Below are positions 10,901 to 21,471 of a stretch of DNA of 64,000 nt, piece by piece. A program made the translations under genes and the position numbers. Each line of letters begins with the position of its first letter. Positions within the stretch are counted from its first letter, which is position 1. The stretch is from Ranitomeya imitator (Eukaryota), in the NCBI RefSeq assembly GCF_032444005.1, contig NC_091288.1, forward strand, positions 207,576,001 to 207,640,000, read 5' to 3'. The notes under the pieces are model-generated. The model saw nothing but the letters and a program-made list of their open reading frames with translations, was not told the origin of the DNA and ran no database searches.

Positions 10901-13189
10901 GGTCCTGCGCTCATACCAACCCTGGGACTGGAAGCTGCCGCGTGCACCGCACACAGGCGACAGAACTACAAGGGGCCCTCGGAAGGTGAGTATATGTTTC
11001 TTTTTTATTTTTTAACCTGTTACATACCTGGCTGGGCAATATACTACATAGCTGGGCAATATACTACGTGACTGTGCTGTATACTACGTCGCTGTGCACT
11101 ATACTACGTGGCTGGGCAATATACTAAGTGGCTGGGCAATATACTAAGTGGCTGGGCAATATACTACGTGACTGGGCAATATACTACGTGGCTGGGCATA
11201 ATACTACGTGGCTGGGCAATATACTACATGACTGGGCAATATACTACGTGGCTGGGCAATATACTACGTGACTGGGCAATATACTACGTGGCTGGGCAAT
11301 ATACTACGTGGCTGTGCACTATACTACGTGGCTGGGCAATATACTATGTGACTGGGCAATATACTACGTGACTGGGCAATATACTATGTGACTGGGCAAT
11401 ATACTACGTGACTGGGCAATATACTACGTGGCTGGGCAATATACTACGTGACTGGGCAATATACTACGTGGCTGGGCAATATACTACGTGACTGGGCAAT
11501 ATACTACATGGCTGGGCATAATACTACGTGGCTGGGCAATATACTATGTGGCTGGGCATAATACTACGTGGCTGGGCAATATACTACGTGGCTGGGCATA
11601 ATACTACGTGGCTGGGCAATATACTACGTCACTGGGCAATATACTATGTGGCTGGGCATAATACTACGTGGCTGTACACTATACTACGTGGCTGGGCAAT
11701 ATACTAAGTGGCTGGGCAATATACTACGTGACTGGGCAATATACTACGTGACTGGGCAATATACTACGTGACTGGGCAATAAACTACGTGGCTGGGCAAT
11801 ATACTATGTCGCTGGGCAATATACTACGTGGCTTGGCAATATACTACGTGGCTGGGCAATATACTACGTGACTGGTCAATATACTACGTGGCTGGGCAAT
11901 AAACTACGTGGCTAGGCAATATACTACGTGGCTGGGCAATATACTATGTGACTGGGCAATATACTACGTGACTGGGCAATATACTAAGTGGCTGGGAAAT
12001 ATACTACGTGGCTGGGCAATATACTACGTGGCTGGGCAATATACTACGTGGCTGGGCATAATACTACGTGGCTGGGCAATATACTACGTCACTGGGCAAT
12101 ATACTATGTGGCTGGGCATAATACTACGTGTCTGTGCACTATACTACGTGGCTGGGCAATATACTAAGTGGCTGGGCAATATACTACGTGACTGGGCAAT
12201 ATACTACATGACTGGGCAATATACTACGTGACTGGGCAATAAACTACGTGGCTGGGCAATATACTACGTCGCTGGGCAATATACTACGTGGCTGGGCAAT
12301 ATACTACGTGGCTGGGCAATATACTACGTGGCTGGGCAATATACTACGTGACTGGGCAATATACTACGTGGCTGGGCAATAAACTACGTGGCTGGGCAAT
12401 ATACTATGTGGCTGGGCAATATACTATGTGACTTGGCAATATACTACGTGACTGGGCAATATACTACGTGGCTGGGTAATATACTACATGGCTGGGCAAT
12501 ATACTATGTGACTGGGCAATATACTACGTGACTGGGCAATATACTACGTGACTGGGCAATATACTACGTGGCTGGGCAATATACTACGTGACTGGGCAAT
12601 ATACTACGTGGCTGGGCAATATACTATGTGAGTGGGCAATAAACTACGTGGCTGGGCAATATACTACGTGACTGGGCAATATACTACGTGGCTGGGCAAT
12701 ATACTATGTCACTGGGCAATATACTACATGGCTGGGCAATATACTACATGGCTGGGCAATATACTACGTGACTGGGCAATATACTACGTGACTGGGCAAG
12801 AAACTACGCTGCTGGGAAATATACTAAGTGGCTGGGCAATATACTACGTGGCTGGGCAATATACTACGTGACTGGGCAATATACTACGTGACTGGCAAAT
12901 ATACTACGTGGCTGGGCAATATACTATGTCACTGGGCAATATACTACATGGCTGGGCAATATACTACATGGCTGGGCATTGGGCAATATACTACATGGCT
13001 GGGCAATATACTACGTGGCTGGGCAATATACTACATGGTTGGGCAATATACTAAGTGGCTGGGCAATATACTACGTGGCTAGGCAATATACTAGGTTATA
13101 TAGGTTGTCCATCCCTGACATATTACATGGCAGGATCGGGTCCTCCAGGGCGGGAGCTTCTTTTTCCATTGGCTCTTTGCTTTTGACAT
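1992..13189 (-). CDS. Candidate small spliced gene of unknown product (92 aa), currently disrupted by an LTR insertion. Exons: 13189-13127; 10340-10294 plus 4364-4348; 3660(or 3637)-3573; 3492-3440; 2025-2015(or 1992)
   Basis: GT-AG junctions with donors GTAATA, GTAAGT, GTAATG and GTAAGT. Phases join into an ORF starting MSKAKSQWKKKLPPWRTRSCHLCKVRMDRMDFPLYKCYRFIQ, with an in-frame stop upstream of the ATG. No homolog recognised; the model is hand-assembled. Confidence 0.35.
2067..3362. repeat. 86-bp tandem repeat, about 15 copies
   Basis: Unit CAGGATGTAACTCAGGATCAGTAATGTAATGTATGTACACAGTGACTGCACCAGCAGAATAGTGAGTGCAGCTCTGGAGTATAATA; the repeated 64-aa minus ORFs are spaced exactly 86 bp apart. 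Confidence 0.97.
3892..4023. mobile_element. Short MITE
   Basis: Inverted ends GTGCACACTGAG / CTCAGTGTGCAC with AGG...CCT termini and TAA flanks. Confidence 0.6.
4365..5541 (+). repeat. 5' LTR
   Basis: Direct repeat of 9112-10288 at offset 4747 (identical ORF translations in the track); TG...CA ends. Confidence 0.95.
5736..9101 (+). CDS. Retrotransposon Gag (SCAN-like capsid, CCHC knuckle)-protease fused in frame to a repeat-derived tract and an RNase H C-terminal remnant; no intact IN or RT
   Basis: Motifs ELFVMEQFLWNCPEDLQQFLRDRKP, CHHCNQLGHFKTACP, GLRDTGAERTLV and WDQGRLYR...DRQL (start of the pre-integrase region), then a repeat tract, then RGRDHSNADGLPRQ (RNase H-like end). Confidence 0.85.
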   Translation: MAEGTRSAVRAQASAMAYEEVVVDGTVPGEGELSPDSPRSQPPVLSPARDYPPPTRPSLSTSAALVAAAVARLEAGNEDAYMRLMAAAEKAAEAERAERREAAERAERAAERAAEQAAAERAAERQHRLEMAQRGLPLDAPAPPESRVSKVRAEDFPLLEKDGDLDSFLLAFEKTCLQHHLAPDQWARYLTPRLRGKSLEVLGDLPAGAEQDYSSIKRAMIQHYNLTPESYRKKFRSLQRGPKDTWTDHMRALLRAAEHWTSGLALTTRQEVQELFVMEQFLWNCPEDLQQFLRDRKPKGASATAALADEYANNRAPEPKKPASSTWRGGKPNPAPVSPAPRVQGVYPPAALSRPGAEPRRCHHCNQLGHFKTACPQRLKAPSMSPKPSTVLCVGGGGGRSLDNYQPVTIGRSAVMGLRDTGAERTLVRPEVVSPQDLVPGRTLSVSGIGGVEPALPVAKVFLDWGAGRGMREVGVTSNIPANVLLGTDLGRLVSQYVATEPPSSAPQECHDSTVNVDVLNVPPTVGEGVKPEGSPYTDTTHTGLTGRTGEETVGESSEVEGGAAMGSVGPLGESSLLSLGPLQEEEQAMGGGGVPGEEPPGKTPGREFPTPGMSGGPGSLPDPATWSGAGGKQALPMGTVVVAAVTRNGSAGAQGALQRSDGFPLSDQVAAESDSGQETDPGELTVDVAVLSILATSSQGCPEALEADASLKALKEQAAQPPGESDREQVVWDQGRLYRVTVQQGSPEAWPRDRQLEAASEREREGGGGRGSLRERGEGAETASERERRRQRQPQEEEEGAETASERERRRQKQPQRKKEEGAETASERERRGRRQPQRETEEEAETASGREGRRQRQPQEEEEGAETASEREGGGGRASLRERQGRRQPQREKGGGRDSLREREEGAETASEKEGGGGRDSLREREEEAETASERDSGGGGGSLREREEGAETASEKDGGGGRDSLRERKEEAGTASEREGGGGRDSLREREEGAETASEKEGGGGRDSLREREEGAETASERDRGGGRDSLREREEAETASERDREGGRDSLRKRGEAETASERERGGTESASERRRQRQAQGERGRDHSNADGLPRQGEGAEGRMGEHRNVMPPSAL
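8008..9000 (+). repeat. Purine-rich degenerate tandem repeat (core GAGACAGCCTCAGAGAGAGA) inside the LTR element
   Basis: More than 25 recurrences of the core separated by GGA/GAG runs; the + strand is almost free of T. Confidence 0.95.
9112..10288 (+). repeat. 3' LTR
   Basis: Copy of 4365-5541 followed by the TSD GATAG. Confidence 0.95.
10379..13094 (+). mobile_element. Helitron-like non-autonomous element carrying a minisatellite
   Basis: Starts A^TCTACTATATAA (Helitron-type 5' end); palindrome CTATTGATGCTGCGTATGCAGCATCAATAG near 10691-10720; ends at CTAG 13091-13094, but no clear 3' hairpin or following T. Confidence 0.5.
11030..13090. repeat. 20-bp minisatellite, about 100 copies
   Basis: Unit (G/A)CTGGGCAATATACTACGTG. 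Confidence 0.98.
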
Positions 13190-14809
13190 CTCTATATGAC
13201 CCGATCAATAACGTATATGGAAAACCTGCGAGATTTTCTCCGTGCATTCAGTGTATCATCAGTATACCATCTATATCTCATACTGACAAGTGCTGACTCC
13301 ATTGTCCTCAAAGTATTTTTTTTAAGGGATGAAGGACTTACATTGGCGCTATGCGTGACTACCTGCAGTCACTAAGCCCTGGCGACGTTCCTCCCTTCTG
13401 TGGGGCAGCATTTTCTATATTTATTTCCTGCATCAATATTTATTTTATGTGCAAACAGAAGCGATTTACTCAGCCATGTGATTGTAACTCACGTTCTGAT
13501 CTTTAGTCACCATTGTTACACCTTATGGTTTCCTTCACTAGGGTCCTGTAGGCTCAGATCATGTCAAAACTGCCGCCGGCTTTGTCACCTTTCTGCTTTA
13601 ATTTTTCCAATGCGGTTTAAAAAAAAAAGGGAACTGATTGACTGATATAAAACTAGTAAAGTACCGGCTCAGGAGACTTTTTTTTTCTTGCTGACAGTGT
13701 CTGCGTCCTGGCAGGCAACTGTGGATATAACACCGTCAGTGCCGCTATCCTCCAGATGAGAATCCTTGACAACCATTGACTGAGCGTAAAGCGAGCTATC
13801 GAGGACAATTCAGCCCCGACATGACTTGTGGCCCTCTTGTTGTGCGGTTTAAGCCCTCCAGCATTTTTTGTTTAGCGCTGGAGTGGTGCTACTAATCTAA
13901 GGTCTCATACCATAGTGTTATATTTACCCGCCACTGTCTTCACCTTTTCTCGGAACCGCTCTGTTCCCCCGGCGCCATTTTGTGACCGCAACTCCTGACT
14001 GACGAGAAGTCAGAGGTAACAGTCACAAGCTGTCATAGACTTACACTGAAAACTGACCTTTATCCCCCCAACAGCCCCACTCTCAGTCATAGGGGTGGTG
14101 GCAGCATGGTATCAGTCACCGCTCTGTGCCAAGTGAGCGGTGGCTGTAACCCCGGCACTGGCTGATGGCTCTAATACCAATCGTGGCCATTGCAGCAGGG
14201 TGTCAGCTCTGATATACAGCTCACACCTACTGCTCATGGTGCCGATTCTGCTTGTGATCTTATTCAACTACGACCAGCAATCCAGTAGCGCAGAAAAGAG
14301 ATCCCTCAGCTCCAACACACTATGCTCCAGCACCATGTGATTAATGGGAGGTGGGTGTTCCTCCTTCAGCCTACTCCAGTGCCTCACAGACGACAGATTA
14401 GACCCTCGGGCCACGTGTTTGAGACACCTTCATTAGTTGATTTTGCAAAACTAGTAGATTTAACCAACTTTAGGGCTCATTAAGACGACTGTGTTTTGGG
14501 CCTGTGTTCTGTCCATGTGCATAACAGACCGCACCCAGAGAGCACACAGACCAATACTGACTTTCCACACACACCTGTATAACAAATCCTATCGTGCACT
14601 ATTCTGGTCCGATTTACAGACCATGCCGCTCATTGAGCGATGCAGATCTACATTTTGTGGATGTGACTGTTCCGCTTTGTAAGACTGCGCAGGACGTCTC
14701 ATCACAGAGTCAACAGGATTAAGTTTAATTTACACTGAAAGATTACTGTGAACAAGCTCATTTAATGAACAGCTGAACTGTCAGAGAGAAAATATTGAGA
14801 AAAAAAGGA

Positions 14810-15720
14810 TTGATTAAGAGTAAAGCAAGCTATGCAGAGCATGGAGAGAAGGAAATGCTTGAGAGCAAGCATGTCACACGTATAACGCTCACTGAGCTCT
14901 GAACTTGCAGCTGAACAAGCAATGGTATCAGAGAGAGAGCAAATCTTGGAAAGAAGGGGAAAATACCCTTGATAAAAGTTGAGAAGGCAATTTGGGACAT
15001 GGAGAGAGGAAAAGGCTTGAGAAAAAGCATGTTACCTAGATAACGCTCACTGAGCTCTGAACTTGCAGCTGAACAAGCAATGGTATCAGAGAGAGAGAAA
15101 ATCTTGGAAAGAAGGGGAAAATACCCTTGATAAAAGTTGAGAAGGCAATTTGGGACATGGAGAGAGGAAAAGGCTTGAGAAAAAGCATGTTACCTAGATA
15201 GCGCTCACTGAGCTCTGAACTTGCAGCTGAACAAGCAATGGTATCAGAGAGAGAGAAAATCTTGGAAAGAAAGGGAAAATACCCTTGATAAAAGTTGAGA
15301 AGGCAATTTGGGACATGGAGAGAGGAAAAGGCTTGAGAAAAAGCATGTTTCCTAGATAACGCTCATTGAGCTCTGAACTTGCAGCTAAACAAGCAGAAAT
15401 CTCAAGACAGAGCAAATCTCTCTCTCAAAAAAAGAGAGAAATTCCCTTGATATTGGGTCAAGCAGGCTATTTAGGATATGGAGAGAGGGAAAGACTTGAG
15501 TAATAGAATGTCACCTATACTGTATAATGCTCACTGAGCTCTGAACTTACAGCTGAACAACAAGGTATGTCAGTCAGAGAGAACAAATCTTGAGAAACAA
15601 GGAGTAATCCACTTGATTAAAAGTAAAGCAAGCTATACAGAACATGGAGAGAAGGAAATACTTGAGATAAAGCATATCACTCGGATAACGCTCACTGAGC
15701 TCTGAACTTGGCATGTCAAA
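14810..15720. repeat. About 158-bp tandem repeat, 6 copies
   Basis: Anchor GAGCTCTGAACTT at 14894, 15052, 15210, 15368, 15536 and 15697. Confidence 0.9.
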
Positions 15721-16134
15721 GAAAACAAATCTTAAAAAGAAAGTAGTGTTCCCAAGAGATGGACAAATCAATTCATAATGAGCTGATTTTTTTAATTTCC
15801 CATAACACTGGACTTACCAAAGTTGAAATTTTTCAAGCATCTAACAAACTGGTGGCTAGAACAATCCAAAACCCAGAGTGAGTATAATGGGGACTGGGCG
15901 GGACGTTGTCCTTCCCAGACTTTCATTTATTGTTCTTTGTTTTTGTTGCACATTCGATTTGGACCAAATTTTATTCAAAACTACGGGCTGATTTGAGTGA
16001 ATCTGAATACATTTTGGGACATTCGCTAATGCCTAGTAATCCTCACTATAAAGAATCAAAAAAGGAATGGCAATAAGGAAGGGCAAGTGAGAAAGCATGT
16101 CGCCTGGTAACGTTCTCTGAACTTGCAGCTGAAC

Positions 16135-16276
16135 AATAATAATAATAATAATAATAATCTTTATTTTTATATAGCGCTAACATATTCCGCAGCGCTTTAC
16201 AATTTGCACACATTATCATCGCTGTCCCCAATGGAGCTCACAATCTAGAATCCCTATCAGTATGTCTTTGGAATGT

Positions 16277-16307
<31 letters not shown>

Positions 16308-16424
16308 ACGCAAACACGGAGAGAACATACAAACTCTTTGCAGATGTTGTCCTGGGTGGGATTCGAACCCAGGACCCCAGCGCTGCAAGGCTGCAGTGCT
16401 ATCCACTGAGCCACCGTGCTGCCC
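16135..16424 (-). mobile_element. tRNA-derived V-SINE with L2-type 3' tail
   Basis: Minus strand has A box GGTGGCTCAGTGG, B box GGTTCGAATCC, V-domain GTGTTTGCGTGGGTTTCCTCCGGG...CCTCCCACA, tail GATTGTGAGC...TGTAAAGCGC and a (TAT)n end. Confidence 0.85.
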
Positions 16425-16959
16425 CACAACAAGAAAAAATGTCAAAGAAACTAATTCTTGCTAAAAAGGAGTAATCCAGAAATCAGTGTGTGTGTATAAT
16501 GGCTTCTTATCGCCCACTCCTTAACCCCTTCATGACCCAGCCTATTTTGACCTTAAAGACCTTGCCGTTTTTTGCAATTCTGACCAGTGTCCCTTTATGA
16601 GGTAATAACTCAGGAACGCTTCAACGGATCCTAGCGGTTCTGAGATTGTTTTTTCGTGACATATTGGGCTTCATGTTAGTGGTAAATTTAGGTCAATAAA
16701 TTCTGTGTTTATTTGTGATAAAAACGGAAATTTGGCGAAAATTTTGAAAATTTCGCAATTTTCACATTTTGAATTTTTATTCTGTTAAACCAGAGAGGTA
16801 TGTGACACAAAATAGTTAATAAATAACATTTCCCACACGTCTACTTTACATCAGCACAATTTTGGAAACAAAATTTTTTTTTGCTAGGAAGTTATAAGGG
16901 TTAAAATTTGACCAGCGATTTCTCATTTTTACAACGAAATTTACAAAACCATTTTTTTT

Positions 16960-19340
16960 AGGGACCACCTCACATTTGAAGTCAGTTTGAGGGGTCTATA
17001 TGGCTGAAAATACCCAAAAGTGACACCATTCTAAAAACTGCACTCCTCAAGGTGCACAAAACCACATTCCAGAAGTTTATTAACCCTTCAGGTGCTTCAC
17101 AGCAGCAGAAGCAACATGGAAGGAAAAAATGAACATTTAACTTTTTAGTCACAAAAATGATTTTTCAGCAACAATTTTTGTATTTTCCCAATGGTAAAAG
17201 GAGAAACTGAACCATGAAAGTTGTTGTCCAATTTGTCCTGAGTACGCTGATACCTCATATGTGGGGGTAAACCACTGTTTGGGCGCACGGCAGGGCTTGG
17301 AAGGGAAGGAGCGCCATTTGACTTTTTGAATGAAAAATTGGCTGCACTCTTTAGCGGACACCATGTCAAGTTTGGAGAGCCCCCGTGTGGCTAAAAATTG
17401 GAGCTCCCCCACAAGTGACCCCATTTTGGAAACTAGACGCCCCAAGGAACTTATCTAGATGCATAGTGAGCCCTTTAAACCCCCAGCTGCTTCACAAATT
17501 GATCCGTAAAAATGAAAAAGTACTATTTTTTCACAAAAAAAATTATTTTAGCCTCAATTTTTTCATTTTCACATGGACAACAGGATAAAATGGATCCTAA
17601 AATTTGTTTGGCAATTTCTCCTGAGCACACCGATACCTCACATGTGGGGGTAAACCACTGTTTGGGCACATGGTAAGGCTCGGAAGGGAAGGAGCGCCAT
17701 TTGACTTTTTGAATGAAAAATTATCTCGATCGTTAGCGGACACCATGTCGCGTTTGGAGAGCCCCTGTCTGCTTAAACATTGGAGCTCCCCCACAAGTGA
17801 CCCCATTTTGGAAACTGGACCCCCCAAGGAACTTATCTAGATGCCTAGTGAGCACTTTAAACCCTCAGGTGCTTCACAAATTGATCCGTAAAAATGAAAA
17901 AGTACTTTTTTTTCACAAAAAATTTTTTTCGCCTCAATTTTTTCATTTTCACATGGGCAATAGGATAAAATGGATCCTAAAATTTGTTGAGCAATTTCTC
18001 CCGAGTACGCCGATACCTCATATGTGGGGGTAAACCACTGTTTGGGCACACGGCAGGGCTCAGAAGGGAAGGCGCGCCTTTTGACTTTTTGAATGGAAAA
18101 TTAGCTCCATTTGTTAGCGGACACCATGTCGCATTTGGAGAGCCCCTGTGTGCTTATGCAATGGAGCTCCCCCACAAGTGACCCCATTTTGGAAACTAGA
18201 CCCCCCAAGGAACTTATCTAGATGCATACTGAGCACTTTAAACCCCCAGGTGCTTCACAGAAGTTTATAATGCAGGGCCATGAAAATAAAAAATAATTTT
18301 TCTTTTCTCAAAAATGATTTTTTAGCCTGGAATTTCCTATTTTGCCAATGGTAATAGGAGAAATTGGACCACAAATGTTGTTGTCCAGTTTGTCCTGAGT
18401 ATGCAGATACCACATATGTGGGGGTAAACCACTGTTTGGGCGCACAGCAGGGCTCAGAAGGGAAGGCACGCCATTTGGCTTTTTAAATGGAAAATTAGCT
18501 CCAATCATTAGCGGACACCATGTCGCGTTTGGAGAGCCCCTGTGTGCCTAAACATTAGAGATCCCCCACAAATGACCCCATTTTGGAAACTAGACCCCGA
18601 AAGGAACTTATCTAGATGTGAGGTGAGCACTTTGAACCCCCAAGTGCTTCACAGAAGTTCATAACACAGAGCAGTGAAAATAATAAATACGTTTTCTTTC
18701 CTCAAAAATAATTTTTTAGCCCAGAATTTTTTATTTTCCCAAGGGTTACAGGAGAAATTGGACCCCAAAAGTTGTTGTCCAGTTTCTCCTGAGTACGCTG
18801 ATACCCCATGTGTGGGGGTAAACCACTGTTTGGGCACACGTCGGGGCTCAGAAGGGAAGTAGTGACTTTTGAAATGCAGACTTTGATGGAATGGTCTGCG
18901 GGCGTCACGTTGCGTTTGCAGAGCCCCTGGTGTGCCTAAACAGTAGAAACCCCACACAAGTGACCCCATTTTGGAAACTAGACCCCCCAAGGAACTTATC
19001 TAGATATGTGGTGAGCACTTTGAACCCCCAAGTGTTTCACAGACGTTTACAACGCAGAGCCGTGAAAATAAAAAATCATTTTTCTTTCCTCAAAAATGAT
19101 GTTTTAGCAAGCAATTTTTTATTTTCTCAAGGGTAACAGGAGAAATTGGACCCCAGTAATTGTTGCGCAGTTTGTCCTGAGTATGCTGGTACCCCATATG
19201 TGGGTGTAAACCACTGTTTGGGCACACGTCGGGGCTCGGAAGTGAGGGAGCACCATTTGACTTTTTGAATACAAGATTGGCTGGAATCAATGGTGGCGCC
19301 ATGTTGCGTTTGGAGACCCCCTGATGTGCCTAAACAGTGG
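16960..19340. repeat. About 390-bp diverged tandem repeats (about 6 units) inside the piggyBac-like element
   Basis: Anchor GTGACCCCATTTTGGAAACT near 17416, 17797, 18178, 18573 and 18960; GGGGGTAAACCACTGTTTGGGC also recurs. Confidence 0.85.
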
Positions 19341-19502
19341 AAACCCCTCAATTCTAACTCCAACACTAACCCCAACACACCCCTAACTCTAATCCCAACT
19401 GTAGCCATAACCCTAATCACAACCCTAACCCCAACACACCCCTAACCACAACACACCCCTAACCCTAACCACAACCCTAATTCCAACCCAACCCTAGCCC
19501 TA

Positions 19503-19850
19503 AGGCTATGTGCCCACGTTGCGGATTCGTATGAGATTTTTCAGCACCATTTTTGAAAAATCCGCGGGTAAAAGGCACTGCGTTTTACCTGTGGATTTAC
19601 CGCGGATTTCCAGTGTTTTTTGTCCGGATTTCACCTGCGGATTTCTATTGAGGAACAGGTGTAAAACGCTGCGGAATCCGCACAAAGAATTGACATGCTG
19701 CGGAAAATACAACGCAGCGTTCCCGCGCGGTATTTTCCGCACCATGGGCACAGCGGATTTGGCTTTCCATATGTTTACATGGTACTGTAAACCTGATGGA
19801 ACTCTGCTGCGGATCCGCAGCGGCCAATCCGCACCGTGTGCACATAGCCT
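19503..19850. mobile_element. T2/Kolobok-like MITE
   Basis: TIR AGGCTATGTGC / GCACATAGCCT with TAA flanks. Confidence 0.75.
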
Positions 19851-19858
19851 AATTCTAA

Positions 19859-20201
19859 AGGTATGTGCACACGCTGCGGAAAAAGCTGCGGATCCGCAGC
19901 AGTTTCCCATGAGTTTACAGTTCAATGCAAACCTATGGGAAACAAAAATCGCTGTACACATGCTGCAGAAAAACTGCACGGAAACACAGCGGTTTACATT
20001 CCGCAGCATGTCACTTCTTTCTGCGGATTCCGCAGCGGTTTTACAACTGCTCAAATAGAAAATCGCTGTTGTAAAACCGCAGTGAAATGCACAGAAAAAA
20101 CGCGTTAAATCTGCCATAAATCCGCAGCGGTTTAGCACTGCGGATTTATGAAATCCACAGCGGAAAAATCCGCAGAGGACCAGAATACATGTGCACATAC
20201 C
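19859..20201. mobile_element. Second, related MITE
   Basis: TIR GGTATGTGCACA / TGTGCACATACC. Confidence 0.7.
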
Positions 20202-21471
20202 GAAACCCTAGCCCTAGCCCTAACCCTACCCCTAACCCTAACCCTACCCCTAACCCTAACCCTACCCCTAATCCTACCCCTAGTTCTTACCCCAACCTTA
20301 GTGGAAAAAAAATAAATATTTTTTTTATTGTCCCTACCTATGGGGGTGACAAAGGGGGGGGGGGGTCATTTACTTTTTTTTTTATTTTGATCACTGAGAT
20401 ATAACCTATCTCAGTGATCAAAATTCACTCTGGAACGAATCTGCACATGCGCCCGCCATTTTGGAAGATGGCGGCGCCCAGGAAAGAAGACGGACGGTCC
20501 CCGGGAGGCCAGGTAAGTATAAGGGGGGGAGATCAGGGCACGGGGGGGGGGGGGGGGCGTCGGAGCACGGGGGGGGTGGATCGGAACACGGGGGGGTGGA
20601 TCGGAGCACGGAGTGGGGGATCACTGTGCGGGCGGGTGGATCGGAGCACGAGGGGGAATCGCTGTGCGGGGGGGGGATCGCTGTGCGGGGGTGGGATCGG
20701 AGTGCGGGGGGGTTTGATTGGAGCACGGGGGGTGTGATTGGAGCACGGGGGGAGCGGGCAGGAGGACGGGGGAGCGGAGCACAGGACCGAGGGGAGCGGA
20801 GCACAGATCGGGGGGCTGGGGGGGGCGATCGGAGGGGTGGAGTGGGGGCACATTAGTGTGTCCAGCCATGGCCGATGATATTGCAGCATCGGCCATGGCT
20901 GGATTGTAATATTTCACCATTTTTTTAGGTGAAATATTACAAATCGCTCTGATTGGCAGGTTCACTTTCAACAGCCAATCAGATCGATTGTAGCCACGAG
21001 GGGGCTGGGCTAAACTACCACTCCCCCTGTCCCTGCAGATCGGGTGAAATGGGAGTTAACCCTTTCACCCGATCTGCAGGGACGCGATCTTTCAATGACG
21101 CATATGCTGCGTCATCGGTCGGAATGGCGTCAAAGGTCGGGAAGGGGTATTTGGAATAATTAATTTATATAACTCAGTACTTTTCTTATTGCGTAGTGCC
21201 GGTGCGCTCTGCTATGCCAGGAATCTATTTGAGCTCTACATACAGTATCTATCAGTCTGATTTCAGCTGTAGACACCTGTGTGGACAGGAAGGACGGAGT
21301 ACAATTATTTTTTCCCCAGAGAGGACAAGACATGATTTTATGAGTCATCAGTAAAAGTAACCAGACACACCTTCGTGATTGGACGGAGGGGCAGAACCCA
21401 AGCCCGTCCTTCTGGCTATACATGAGCTATGTCTGCCTTGTACAGACTTTAGTTTTAGCATCTACACAAAG

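Larger units (their letters stand above)
19361..20295. repeat. Telomere-like CCCTAA/CCCTAC repeat tract, split by two nested MITEs
   Basis: CCCTAA variants at 19361-19500 and 20205-20295. Confidence 0.85.
16525..21147. mobile_element. Large non-autonomous piggyBac-like composite element
   Basis: Left TTAA|CCCCTTC, right GAAGGGG|TATT (degenerate TSD). Contains an internal ~390-bp repeat array, nested MITEs and CCCTAA-type repeats; no transposase. Confidence 0.7.

Noticed and set aside
11108-13082. Trp/Tyr-rich plus-strand ORFs; superficial CRISPR-like periodicity
   Set aside because: A head-to-tail 20-bp minisatellite with no unique spacers and no cas genes, in a eukaryotic context.
1900-13400. 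Expected mammalian NOXO1 neighbours (GFER, TBL3, RNF151)
   Set aside because: No recognisable peptide motifs from these proteins in the candidate minus-strand exons, so no gene symbol was assigned.
16330-16424. tRNA-like A and B boxes
   Set aside because: This is the head of a SINE; there is no complete cloverleaf and it continues into the V-domain and L2 tail.
19506-20198. 230-aa and 182-aa opposing ORFs
   Set aside because: They span two palindromic MITEs and have no protein motifs.
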